Assembly (NCBI GenBank): GCA_044223005.1
Contig: JBGAML010000003.1
Span: 1 to 64,000 of the forward strand
DNA: 64,000 bases
Source of the DNA: Candidatus Eiseniibacteriota bacterium
GTDB taxonomy: Bacteria; Eisenbacteria; RBG-16-71-46
Direction of reading: 5' to 3'
The notes beneath the pieces were generated by a model that had not been told where the DNA came from, made no database searches, and saw nothing but the letters and a program-made list of their open reading frames with translations. Positions 10,166-19,695 of this stretch are shown here, piece by piece; the first letter of the stretch is position 1, and every line of letters starts with the position of its first letter. Made by a program: the position numbers and the translations under genes.

Positions 10166-12216
10166 AGCGCATCCTCCTTCTCCTGCTGCTGGCCGCCACC
10201 GCGGCCGCCTCCCGCACCGTTTCCGCCGTGGCCGACGAAGACCACGGGCCGCCGCGTTCGACGTTCGCCGTGCCCACGAGCGCCACGGGCGCGACCGGGG
10301 CCGCGGATTCGATCGCGTACTCCGTCCGCATCCTGGACAAGAACAAGCTCGGGCTCACGCTGACGAACTACGGGTTCATCGGGACCAACTTCACGTCCCG
10401 GTCGCCCTCGTTCGAGTACCCGCTCGGCTCGGGGCACCACCACATGGTGCGTGGCGGCATCTGGATCGGCGCCATCGCCGTGGACGACAACGGTGCCTTC
10501 ACCGGAGTCGCGACGTCGGCGGTGGACGGCTCGGCCGGAAGCGCGAGCGCCAATGCGACCGAGTTCACGCCGGCGACCAACTCCGTGTACGCCCGGTCGA
10601 CGCTGCCCAACAGCCGCTACTTCAAGGAAGGCGCGGTCAGCGAGAACGACTTCATCTCGCAGTTCAGCGACTTCCCCGGCAAGCGGGCCCTCGACAACTC
10701 CCAGGACTCGCGGCCGATGCACGTGGTGGTGACGCAGTACAACTACTCGTGGTCGTTCTCGAACTACGCGCACATCGTGTTCTTCCACTACGTCGTGCGC
10801 AACGACGGCCCGCCGCTGCACGACGTGTGGCTCGGCATGTACGACGAGCTCGCGAGCGGCAACATGAACAACTCGGCGTCGGTGCCGCCCTCCGGCTGGT
10901 TCCGGAAGAAGCAGATGGGCTACGTCGACTCGCTGAGCATGATCACCGAGCGGTACTGCGACCAGAACCTGAACTTCCCGACGAACTGCCACTACTTCAT
11001 CGTGCCGGAGATCGCGGCCGTGAAGCTGCTGGGTGTGAGCCCGGGCAACGTCCGCGACACGAACGTGACCAAGACCACGTTCGCGTGCTGGAGCTACTCG
11101 CCCGGTGACGCCGCGCGTGACGAGGACGTCGAGAAGTACTCGATCATGAGCACGGGCCAGAAGCTCGCGCTGAACCCGATCCCGGACAGCCTCGCGCCGC
11201 TGCTCGGCGACCCCGTGTCGCTGCTGGCCGCGGGTCCGTTCCACGAGATCGATACGGGCGACAGCGTCTCCATCGACTTCGCGTACCTCGCGGCCTCGAA
11301 CCCCACGTTCGTGTCCGACGTCGCCACGCCCGACCTGATCAAGCGCGCCCAGGTGGCGCAGCGCGCCTACGACCTGCACTACGTCGTGCCGCTGCCGCCG
11401 CCGTCGCCGCGGTTCAAGGTCGTCGTGCGCAACAATGCCATCGACTACTACTGGGACCACTCGCCGGAGAGCTTCATCGACCCGACGACGAGCAACAACT
11501 TCCCGGACTTCGAGGGCTACCGCGTCTACGTCGGCGAGAGCCGGGACGACCTGCGGCTGCTGCGCCAGTTCGACCTCGCGACCGGCCCGGCGCACAACGA
11601 CACGACCGGCTTCAACACGGGCTTCTCGGCGGTCCAGCTGGCGACGCCCGTGGTCATCGACGGCGTGACCTATCACTACAAGTTCACGGTCGACCACCTG
11701 CGCAACGGCTTCAAGTACTGGACGGCCGTCACCGCGTACGACGTCGGAACGAGCGAGATCGAGTCGCTGGAGAGCGGTATCGCCCAGAACGAGCAGATGG
11801 TCGTTCCGGGCCCCGCGCCGGGCGAACTCGACGCGCAGGCCGTGACGGTGTACCCGAATCCCTACCGGGTCGAGACCGCGTGGGACGCGGGCCAGCAGGC
11901 GCGTTCGCACTACCTGTGGTTCGCGAACCTGCCGCAGCAGTGCAAGATCAAGATCTACACGCTGTCGGGCGCGCTCATCTACGAGACCGACTTCGACGGC
12001 AGTACCTACGACGGCCGGAATGCCCGCGGGATCTACCAGCCGGGCAACGACCTCACCATGCACCTGTCGGGCACCACGTTCGGATGGGACCTGATCACGC
12101 GCGAAGGACAGGCGGCCGCGACCGGCCTCTACATGTGGGCGGTCGAGGACAAGCACTCCGGCAAGCGCCAGTCGGGCAAGTTCCTGATCGTGAAGTCCGA
12201 CCGGGAGAGCTTCTGA
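10162..12216 (+). CDS. Secreted protein with FN3-like domain and T9SS-CTD/FlgD-Ig-like C-terminus
   Basis: GTG start overlapping upstream TGA; signal peptide; DFEGYRVY..LRNGFKYWTAVTAYD FN3-like; VYPNPY..IKIYTLSG..WDL..ATGLY..GKFLIVK tail. Confidence 0.82.
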   Translation: MKRILLLLLLAATAAASRTVSAVADEDHGPPRSTFAVPTSATGATGAADSIAYSVRILDKNKLGLTLTNYGFIGTNFTSRSPSFEYPLGSGHHHMVRGGIWIGAIAVDDNGAFTGVATSAVDGSAGSASANATEFTPATNSVYARSTLPNSRYFKEGAVSENDFISQFSDFPGKRALDNSQDSRPMHVVVTQYNYSWSFSNYAHIVFFHYVVRNDGPPLHDVWLGMYDELASGNMNNSASVPPSGWFRKKQMGYVDSLSMITERYCDQNLNFPTNCHYFIVPEIAAVKLLGVSPGNVRDTNVTKTTFACWSYSPGDAARDEDVEKYSIMSTGQKLALNPIPDSLAPLLGDPVSLLAAGPFHEIDTGDSVSIDFAYLAASNPTFVSDVATPDLIKRAQVAQRAYDLHYVVPLPPPSPRFKVVVRNNAIDYYWDHSPESFIDPTTSNNFPDFEGYRVYVGESRDDLRLLRQFDLATGPAHNDTTGFNTGFSAVQLATPVVIDGVTYHYKFTVDHLRNGFKYWTAVTAYDVGTSEIESLESGIAQNEQMVVPGPAPGELDAQAVTVYPNPYRVETAWDAGQQARSHYLWFANLPQQCKIKIYTLSGALIYETDFDGSTYDGRNARGIYQPGNDLTMHLSGTTFGWDLITREGQAAATGLYMWAVEDKHSGKRQSGKFLIVKSDRESF

Positions 12217-12217
12217 C

Positions 12218-13714
12218 ATGCGCCGCCTCATCGCATCGCTCGCCCTCGCCGCCGGCTTCGTCGCCGTCCTCGGCGCGATCACCGGTTGCGCGCCCAAGCT
12301 GACGGGCGCGCTCAAGGCCAACAAGGCGCCGCACACGCGCATCTTCGTCGAAGGACCCGTCGACTCGGTCAACCACGTCGTACACCTGCACTGGCTGGGG
12401 ACCGACGAGGACGGTTACGTGCGCGGCTACGAGTTCAAGGTGGTGAACCCGCTCGACACGGTTGCGGCGGATTCCGCATGGCGCACCACCACGAACACCG
12501 ACTCGCTCTTCACCATCTACAGCCCGCAGGGCGGCGCCTCGCCGGTGCTCTACGTGCGCTCGATCGACAACGAAGGCGCGAAGGACGCCGTGCCGGCACG
12601 TCAGCCGTTCCTGTTCCGGAACACGGCCCCGATCGTGAAGCTGATCCTGAAGCCGAATCGCACGGACAAATCGGACAGCACGTACGCCTCGGTCACCGTG
12701 TCGTGGACCATCACCGACCCCGACGGCGATTCCACCAAGGCCGTCTACCAGGTGTGGCTCGACGGCAACCAGGCGACGCCCGAGGTCACGACGGAATCGC
12801 GCTTCACCATGCCGAGCGACCGCTTCCTGCAGGGAGGCACGTACAAGGACGGCTTCCGGACGCTCTACGTGCGCGCCATCGACGACGGCGGCATGGCCGG
12901 CCCGCCGGACACGGTGCGCTGGTTCGTGCGGCAGCCCCGTCCCGGTGCCGGTGCCCTGGGCAGCACGCACGCGCGACTGCTGATCGTCGACGACGTGCCC
13001 AAGGGCGCGAACAGCGGCTTCCGCAACGACACGCTCTTCTACAACGCGGCCAACCGCGCGGTGGGCGTGGGCAACTGGTCGGTGCTGCAGCTCGAGACCA
13101 CGATCCCGTTCCACTCCGCGAAGGACATGGAGCAGACGTTCAAGCTCTTCGACGCGGTGGTGTGGTACCGCGGCGGCGAGATCACGATTCCCAACATCCT
13201 GTTCAACTACCAGGACGGCCTCGGCGCCTACCTGACCAGTGGCGGTAAGCTCTTCCTCGAGGGCCTGTACCTGTTCCGGGGCCTGAACGCCGAAGGCGGT
13301 CTCACCGACGACTTCGCGACGCAGTACCTGGATTGTGACGGCTTCCGGAAGTGCTTCCAGAACGCGCTGCAGGACTCGTCGATCGGCTGGGGCAACTCGA
13401 ACGGGTCGAAGTTCTTCAGCACGATGTACGCCGACAGCAGCCTGCAGCAGGGGCTCTCTTCGCGGACGTCGCCCTCGACGCCCGGCGTTCGCGTCTTCAA
13501 CGTGCGCCAGAAGTCCGAGATCGCGTTCGTGGGAGCTCCGGGCGCCGTGACGCCCGCCCTGGCCGAGAGCCTCGCGGTCGGCGTGTCGGTCCCCCAGCCG
13601 AACGGCGGACGCGCGGTCATCATGACGGTCCCGATCGAGACCTCGCTCCCAGTCGTCAACGGCCCCGCGCCACGCATCCTGGCCAAGATCTTCGCCCAAC
13701 TCGGGCTGTTCTGA
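12218..13714 (+). CDS. Lipoprotein with two Ig-like domains and a C-terminal alpha/beta domain
   Basis: Lipobox ITGC; repeated W.GTDEDG..YVRSIDNEG / W.ITDPDG..YVRAIDDGG; LLIVDD..FDAVVWY..GGKLFLEG. Confidence 0.78.
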   Translation: MRRLIASLALAAGFVAVLGAITGCAPKLTGALKANKAPHTRIFVEGPVDSVNHVVHLHWLGTDEDGYVRGYEFKVVNPLDTVAADSAWRTTTNTDSLFTIYSPQGGASPVLYVRSIDNEGAKDAVPARQPFLFRNTAPIVKLILKPNRTDKSDSTYASVTVSWTITDPDGDSTKAVYQVWLDGNQATPEVTTESRFTMPSDRFLQGGTYKDGFRTLYVRAIDDGGMAGPPDTVRWFVRQPRPGAGALGSTHARLLIVDDVPKGANSGFRNDTLFYNAANRAVGVGNWSVLQLETTIPFHSAKDMEQTFKLFDAVVWYRGGEITIPNILFNYQDGLGAYLTSGGKLFLEGLYLFRGLNAEGGLTDDFATQYLDCDGFRKCFQNALQDSSIGWGNSNGSKFFSTMYADSSLQQGLSSRTSPSTPGVRVFNVRQKSEIAFVGAPGAVTPALAESLAVGVSVPQPNGGRAVIMTVPIETSLPVVNGPAPRILAKIFAQLGLF

Positions 13715-13755
13715 GACTCCCCGGGCGGAGAACGTCGCAGTCCAAGTGAGACTTA

Positions 13756-13788
13756 CGGGCCACCGATCCTGACCGGATCGGTGGCCCG
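13756..13788 (+). terminator. GC-rich hairpin after the receptor operon (probable terminator)
   Basis: 14-bp perfect stem cgggccaccgatcc / ggatcggtggcccg followed by gttctt. Confidence 0.55.
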
Positions 13789-14060
13789 GTTCTTGGGCGG
13801 CCGGTGGCCCTCCGGTTCGGTTTACCCACACCCTGAAACGTGCAGGTAACCTTTTGGAGACATGCATTTTGGCTCGACCGGACAAGCGCGCCGCTGCTAA
13901 ACTCAATGACGTTGTAAGCTGCTCGGTTGCGTTCGCCCCCCACGGTCTGCTGCCTGTTTGGGTTGCTGCTAATGGACGGCAGGAGGGCCATAACGCCAAG
14001 CCAACGTAACCCCGACCGTAACTCGCCCACAGCGTTTCAACTTCAACCAGGGGTGCCCCA

Positions 14061-16184
14061 ATGAAGAGACTGTTTGCCAGCTTCCTCGGGATCGCCGCTC
14101 TCGCGCTCGTTGCCGGCAATGCCCAGGCGACGAAGTGGCCCCCGGGCCCGCTCGGGACGTGCACCGATTCGGCCACGGTCATGCAGGTGCAGGACACGAC
14201 CCTTGCCAGCGCCGCGTGCCACGCGGCCACCGGTGACACCGTGCTCGGCGTCGCCGGCATCATCACCGGCTTCGACGCGATTCCCACCGGTTTCGGCTTC
14301 TACATCGAGAACTCGAACGGCCAGAAGTGGTCGGGCGTCGACGTGTTCACGCACGGCACGAACTTCAAGCCGATCATGAACCTGCAGGTCGGTGACTCGA
14401 TCGTCGTCGAGTACGCGGTGACGGCCGAGTTCCAGAACGGGACCGAGATCTTCGGGCCGAACAACAACTTCTCGGCTCCGAACATCATCCTGCGCAAGGT
14501 CAGCTCGGGGAACCCGCTGCCGCCGTTCTTCGTCGGCACGACGACCCAGCTGAAGGAAACCCCGACCAACACGTTCGCGGAGCAGTACGAAGGCATGCTC
14601 GTGCAGGTCAACGAGACCGCTCCGAACAACCTGAAGGTCGCCCGCATCGGCAGCCCGCTGCCCTTCCGCACGTTCCTGATCGTGGATTCCACGGCGCCCG
14701 GCGACTCGATCCTCGTCGACGGTGGCACGCTGACGTCGTACACGGTGCCGCCGCTCGGCAGCCGCATCCAGATGGTTCGCGGCATCCTCGAGCAGCGTAC
14801 GCGCGGCTACCGTATCCAGATGCGCGACGGCAACGACATCATCGACGTGACGCCTCCCGGCATCACGGATGCCTACCCGGTCGCGGACAACCAGATCCGC
14901 GTGACGTTCGACCGTGACGTGACGACCGCGTCGGCGACGAGCGTCGGCCTCACGGGCATCTACTCGCTCGGTTCGTTCGGGTCGGTGGATGCGGCGGTGA
15001 TGGACGGGCAGTCCGCCGTCATCCTCACCATCAACAACGGCCTCGGCCACGGCGACAGCGAAACGCTGAACGTGCTGGCCGGCCTCGTGGGTCTCGGCAA
15101 CGGCGTCGCGACGACCTCGACCACCTCGCTGCCGTTCATCAACGGCGTGCTGTCGGTGCGCGAGATGTCGCAGCCGAACGCCGACTCGCTGCTCGGCACG
15201 CCGTGCGTCGACAAGTCCAAGTTCGGCGGTGGCGGTGGCCAGATCACGCAGGGCGCCTTCGGCACGCGCGCCACGCTGCAGGGTGTCGTGACGGGCCAGT
15301 ACGGCAACCTGTTCTACACCGAAGACCAGAACCCGGCGGCCGACGGCCAGCACGGTGGCATCACGGTCTTCGCTCCGCCGCAGCCGCTCACGCCCGGCCA
15401 CAAGTGGCTGGTCGCCGGCAACGTGCAGGAGTTCTTCGGTGAGACCGAGTTCACGGGCATCTCGTACGTGAAGGACCTGGGTGCTGCGTCGATCCCGGAT
15501 CCGATCGTCGTCCCGATCATCGTGGTCTCCAAGGACACGTGTGACACGGGCGGCCTCGCCAGCAACGGCAACGACGGCGAGGACTACGAGGGCATGCTGG
15601 TCAAGCTGCCGTACAAGAACGTGATCCGCCGCTTCGTGACGGGTGGCATCGCGCGTCCGGGTAACGGCTTCCACGTCCAGGAGCTGGTCCCGGCGGCGAA
15701 GGGCGACACGATCTTCGTCGACAACGTGAACAACGTCCTCGGGCCGTCGACGGCGGCCGACTCGCTGAACCCGAACTACCCGCCGTTCGGCACCACCGTG
15801 TCGATCACGGGCGTCGTGCACTACTCGAACGGCAGCTTCCGCGTCGCTCCGCGTTCGACGGCGGACATCCTCCGTCACGGCGTGGGCGTGGGTGTCGGCT
15901 CGAACCCGACGAAGCTCTCGTTCTCCGTGTACCCGAACCCGACTCGCAGCGCGCACATCGCGTTCACGCTGCCGGCCGCCACGACCGTGGACCTGGGCGT
16001 CTTCGACGTCACGGGCCGCCGCGTGGCCACGCTGGCCAGTGGGCGCATGCCCGCGGGCGAGTTCTCGCGCTCGTGGAATGGCCACGACGCCGCCGGCAAG
16101 TCCATCGCGGCGGGCGTGTACTTCTACAAGCTGCGGGCGGGCAACGACGAGCGCACCATGCGCGTCGTCATGCTCGGCAACTGA
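14061..16184 (+). CDS. Secreted protein with tandem OB-fold modules and FlgD-Ig/T9SS-like CTD
   Basis: Signal peptide; two modules GIITG..GFYIE..SGVDVF..EF..TEI..EQYEGMLV and GVVTG..FYTED..GGITVF..EFFGETEF..EDYEGMLV; tail VYPNP..FDVTGRRV..WNG..AGVYFYKL. Confidence 0.85.
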   Translation: MKRLFASFLGIAALALVAGNAQATKWPPGPLGTCTDSATVMQVQDTTLASAACHAATGDTVLGVAGIITGFDAIPTGFGFYIENSNGQKWSGVDVFTHGTNFKPIMNLQVGDSIVVEYAVTAEFQNGTEIFGPNNNFSAPNIILRKVSSGNPLPPFFVGTTTQLKETPTNTFAEQYEGMLVQVNETAPNNLKVARIGSPLPFRTFLIVDSTAPGDSILVDGGTLTSYTVPPLGSRIQMVRGILEQRTRGYRIQMRDGNDIIDVTPPGITDAYPVADNQIRVTFDRDVTTASATSVGLTGIYSLGSFGSVDAAVMDGQSAVILTINNGLGHGDSETLNVLAGLVGLGNGVATTSTTSLPFINGVLSVREMSQPNADSLLGTPCVDKSKFGGGGGQITQGAFGTRATLQGVVTGQYGNLFYTEDQNPAADGQHGGITVFAPPQPLTPGHKWLVAGNVQEFFGETEFTGISYVKDLGAASIPDPIVVPIIVVSKDTCDTGGLASNGNDGEDYEGMLVKLPYKNVIRRFVTGGIARPGNGFHVQELVPAAKGDTIFVDNVNNVLGPSTAADSLNPNYPPFGTTVSITGVVHYSNGSFRVAPRSTADILRHGVGVGVGSNPTKLSFSVYPNPTRSAHIAFTLPAATTVDLGVFDVTGRRVATLASGRMPAGEFSRSWNGHDAAGKSIAAGVYFYKLRAGNDERTMRVVMLGN

Positions 16185-16201
16185 CGCGACGCATCACTCC
16201 G

Positions 16202-16243
16202 GCGGCCGGCCGTCCTTCGGGACGGCCGGCCGCTCGGCTTTTC
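16202..16243 (+). terminator. Intrinsic terminator
   Basis: 14-bp stem gcggccggccgtcc / ggacggccggccgc with cUUCGg loop, followed by a T-run (ggcttttc). Confidence 0.7.
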
Positions 16244-16307
16244 GGGCGGTTTGACGCGGCGCCGGGACCGGCTTGATCCCCATGCGATGTGGCGGGAAAG
16301 TGGCGGC

Positions 16308-18830
16308 ATGTTCCCCCACACCCGAGTCCCCGCTCTCACGCGCGCGCTGCTGCTCGCCGCGCTGATCGTTCCTTCGGCCGCCCGTTGCGTCGCGGCCGCG
16401 CCCGCCAGTCCCTACGACACCACGACGGCTTCGCGGCCCGGTCGCCCCGGCCGGATGCGCGACGGCCGCATGCGCCTCCCGACCGGCTGGCATCTCTCGC
16501 CGGCCGGCCGCGGCGTGAAGGTCGGCGAGTTCCCGATGGGCCTCGCGGTGAGCCCCGACGAGCGCTTCGCGGTCGTGAACTGCATCGCCGGCGAGTACGC
16601 GTCGATCGACATCGTCGATCTCGCGAACGGTACGCTCGTCCAGAGCGTGCCGCTGCCGGGCAGCTGGCTGGGGCTCGCGTTCCTGGGGCGCGACCGGCTC
16701 GCGGCGAGTGCGGGCGTGCGCAACCGCGTGATGCTCTACTCGTTCGTGGACGGGCACGCGACGCTCGCCGACTCGATCGTGATCGGGCCACCGTGGTCGG
16801 CGGGCGGGCAGTATCCGCAGGGCCGCGTGATCGACTACGGCCCGGGCAACATCTGGCCGACCGGGCTCTCGGCGGATTCGAGCGGCCGGCGGCTCTGGGT
16901 CGCGTCGCGCTTCGATTCGGCGCTGCGCGAGGTCGACGTCGACGCCCGCAGCGTCACGCGCCGGCTCGCGCTGGGCGGCGTGCCGTGGACGTGCCTCGCG
17001 TCGCGCGACGGCCGGCGCGTGTTCGTGTCGCTCTGGAGCGCCTCCGAGGTCGCGATCGTGGACGCCGCGACGCTGCGCGTGACCGCGCGCGTGCCCGTGG
17101 GCTCGCATCCCACCGGCCTCGTCGAGTCGCCCGACGGCGCGCGCGTGTTCGTCGCCGAGGCGAACCGCAACACCGTCTCGGTGATCGACGTGGCGGCCGC
17201 GCGCGTGGCCGAGGTGCTCGACGCGTCGCCGCTGCCCGGTGCGCCGCCCGGCGGGACGCCCGACGGCGTCGCGCTCGATCGCACCGGCACGCGGCTGTCG
17301 ATCGCCAACGCCGGCACCAACTGCGTCGCGATCTTCGACGTCTCGCGCCCGGGCCGCAGCCGGCCGCTGGGTTTCGTGCCGGTCGGCTGGTACCCGACGG
17401 CCGTCGCGGTACTGCCGTCGACGGGCACGCTCGTGGTCGCCAACGGCCGCGGCACCGGCTCGCGTCCCACGAACGTCGCGCCGCCCGACACGGGCGCGTG
17501 GTGCCGCTACCTCTCGTGGATGCTGCGCGACCGCGGCTCGCTCTCGATCGTGCCCGCGCCCGACGCGGCCACGCTGGCGGCCGCGACGCGCGCCGTGTAC
17601 GCCAACCGCCCCGAGGCGCCGCCGCTGCCGAAGGGGCCCGTGCCGCGCCGGCCGGGGGAGCGGACGCCGATCCGCTATGTCTTCTACATCTTCAAGGAGA
17701 ACCGCTCGTACGACCAGGTGTTCGGCGACCTGCCGCAGGGAGACGGCGATCCCGCGCTCTGCACGTACGGCGAGACCATCACGCCCAACCACCACGCGAT
17801 CGCGAAGCAGTGGGTGCTGCTCGACCACACCTACGTCGAGGCCGACGGCAGCGCCGACGGGCACAACTGGGGCATGGCCGCGTACTCGACGGACTACGTC
17901 ACCAAGTCGGCGGGCACGAGCCCGATCTACGACTACGAGGGCGGCAATCCACTGTCGTTCCCCGAGCCCGGCTACCTCTGGGACGCCGCGATCCGCGCCG
18001 GCGTGAGCGTGCGCAGCTACGGCGAGTACGTGTTCAATCCCGACGACCCGCGCGACACCGTGCGCGCCGCGGTGCCCGCGCTCGAGGGCCGCATCGCGCC
18101 GAAGTACCGCGGCTACGACACGTCGTACTCGGATCTCGACCGCTACGCCGCGTGGCTCGAGGAGTTCGACCGCTACGATCGCGACGGCGGCCTGCCGAGC
18201 CTCTCGATCATCCGGCTGCCCAACGACCACACCGAGGGCACGTGCACCGGCCGGCCGACGCCACGCGCGCACGTGGCCGAGAACGATCTCGCGCTCGGCA
18301 TGATGCTCGAACGCATCAGCCACAGCCGCTACTGGAAGGAGTGCGCGGTGTTCGTGATCGAGGACGACGCCGCCAACGGGCCCGATCACGTCGACGCGCA
18401 CCGCACCCCGGCGCTGGTCGCGGGGCCGTGGGTGAAGCGCCGCGCGGTCGATCCCACGCTGTACACGAACAGCGGCATGCTGCACACGATCGAGCTCATC
18501 CTCGGGATGCGGCCCATGTCGACGTTCGACGCGACCGCGACGCCCATGAACGCGTGCTTCACGAGCCGCCCGGACTTCACGCCGTTCGTGCACGAGAACG
18601 CGCGCGTCGACATCCACGAGACCAACGTCGCCGGCGCCTGGGGCCAGGAGTGGTGCGACGGCCAGAACTGGAAGGTGGCGGACGCCGTGCCCGCCGCCGG
18701 GCTCACCGAGGTGCTCTGGCGCGACGCCCGCGGCGCGGGCGCGCCGCTGCCGCCGCTCGTGCGCTCCGCGTTCGCACTTCGCTCCGGGGCGGGCCCGGCC
18801 CGCGAGGACGACGAGGACGACGACGACTGA
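16308..18830 (+). CDS. Secreted YVTN/YncE beta-propeller plus phosphoesterase (alkaline-phosphatase superfamily) protein
   Basis: Signal peptide; VPVGSHPTGL, VPVGWYPTAV propeller repeats; YVFYIFKENRSYDQVFGDL, LPNDHT, IEDDAANGPDHVDAHR; start codon uncertain. Confidence 0.85.
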   Translation: MFPHTRVPALTRALLLAALIVPSAARCVAAAPASPYDTTTASRPGRPGRMRDGRMRLPTGWHLSPAGRGVKVGEFPMGLAVSPDERFAVVNCIAGEYASIDIVDLANGTLVQSVPLPGSWLGLAFLGRDRLAASAGVRNRVMLYSFVDGHATLADSIVIGPPWSAGGQYPQGRVIDYGPGNIWPTGLSADSSGRRLWVASRFDSALREVDVDARSVTRRLALGGVPWTCLASRDGRRVFVSLWSASEVAIVDAATLRVTARVPVGSHPTGLVESPDGARVFVAEANRNTVSVIDVAAARVAEVLDASPLPGAPPGGTPDGVALDRTGTRLSIANAGTNCVAIFDVSRPGRSRPLGFVPVGWYPTAVAVLPSTGTLVVANGRGTGSRPTNVAPPDTGAWCRYLSWMLRDRGSLSIVPAPDAATLAAATRAVYANRPEAPPLPKGPVPRRPGERTPIRYVFYIFKENRSYDQVFGDLPQGDGDPALCTYGETITPNHHAIAKQWVLLDHTYVEADGSADGHNWGMAAYSTDYVTKSAGTSPIYDYEGGNPLSFPEPGYLWDAAIRAGVSVRSYGEYVFNPDDPRDTVRAAVPALEGRIAPKYRGYDTSYSDLDRYAAWLEEFDRYDRDGGLPSLSIIRLPNDHTEGTCTGRPTPRAHVAENDLALGMMLERISHSRYWKECAVFVIEDDAANGPDHVDAHRTPALVAGPWVKRRAVDPTLYTNSGMLHTIELILGMRPMSTFDATATPMNACFTSRPDFTPFVHENARVDIHETNVAGAWGQEWCDGQNWKVADAVPAAGLTEVLWRDARGAGAPLPPLVRSAFALRSGAGPAREDDEDDDD

Positions 18831-18869
18831 CCGGCGCCGGCGGGCCTGCGCGCCCGCCGGACCGCCGCT

Positions 18870-18899
18870 TTGCCGTCCGTCCGGCGCACACCCTATACT
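18870..18899 (+). promoter_or_regulatory. Sigma70-type promoter candidate for the thioesterase-E2-lip operon
   Basis: TTGCCG-N18-TATACT. Confidence 0.5.
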
Positions 18900-19115
18900 G
18901 CCGCGTCCCGCCATTCCCCACAGGGGAACGGCGTATCCCGTCCCTTGTACTCGGGAGATTGCGGTTCTGGATCGCTAAGGCGTTGGCCGTCATTCCGTTC
19001 TCGGCCGCCGGCCGTCATTTTCGTCTACCGGCGCTCGAGCGAATCCGTTGAGCCTCGATTCCTGCAATCCCCCGAGCACAACCCAGCCCCAGCGGCCCCG
19101 GAGAACCCCGCACCC

Positions 19116-19616
19116 GTGACACCCGACAAGCCGCGCGAGGCCCGCCGGGTGGCCGATTCGGCCACCGAGATGACGCAGCTGGTCCTGCCGCAGCACGCCA
19201 ACGTGCACGGCACGGCGCTCGGCGGCACGGTGATGCACTGGGTCGATCTCGCGGCCGCGGTGGTGGCGAACCGCCACAGCCGGCGCCCGGTGGTGACGGC
19301 GGCGTTCGACGAGATGAGCTTCCTCGCGCCGATCATGGTGGGGCAGGTGGCCCTGCTGCACGCGCGGCTCACGCTCGTCGACCGCAGCAGCATGGAGATC
19401 CGCGTCGACGTGGAATCCGAGGACGTCCTGACGGGTGAGCGGCGCCGGACCGGCACCGCGTTCGTCACGTTCGTGGCCCTGGATCCCGTCACCCGGCGGC
19501 CCACGCCGGTGCCGCCGCTGGAACTGCAGACCGACGCCGAGCGGGCCGAGCACGAGCACGCGCTCGCACGCCGCCGGCAGCGACTCGAACATCGCAAGGC
19601 GCATTCGCGCGACTGA
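19116..19616 (+). CDS. Acyl-CoA thioesterase (hotdog fold, YciA-like)
   Basis: LVLPQHANVHGTALGGTVMHWVD, VVTAAFDEMSF, TFVALD; GTG start after GGAG chosen, start uncertain. Confidence 0.88.
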   Translation: MTPDKPREARRVADSATEMTQLVLPQHANVHGTALGGTVMHWVDLAAAVVANRHSRRPVVTAAFDEMSFLAPIMVGQVALLHARLTLVDRSSMEIRVDVESEDVLTGERRRTGTAFVTFVALDPVTRRPTPVPPLELQTDAERAEHEHALARRRQRLEHRKAHSRD

Positions 19617-19695
19617 AACGCGCGACGCGCATCCGAAGGCAGGACGACGACCAACGCCGGCGCGGATCCACGCGGCGGCTCGCAGGGGAGGAACG

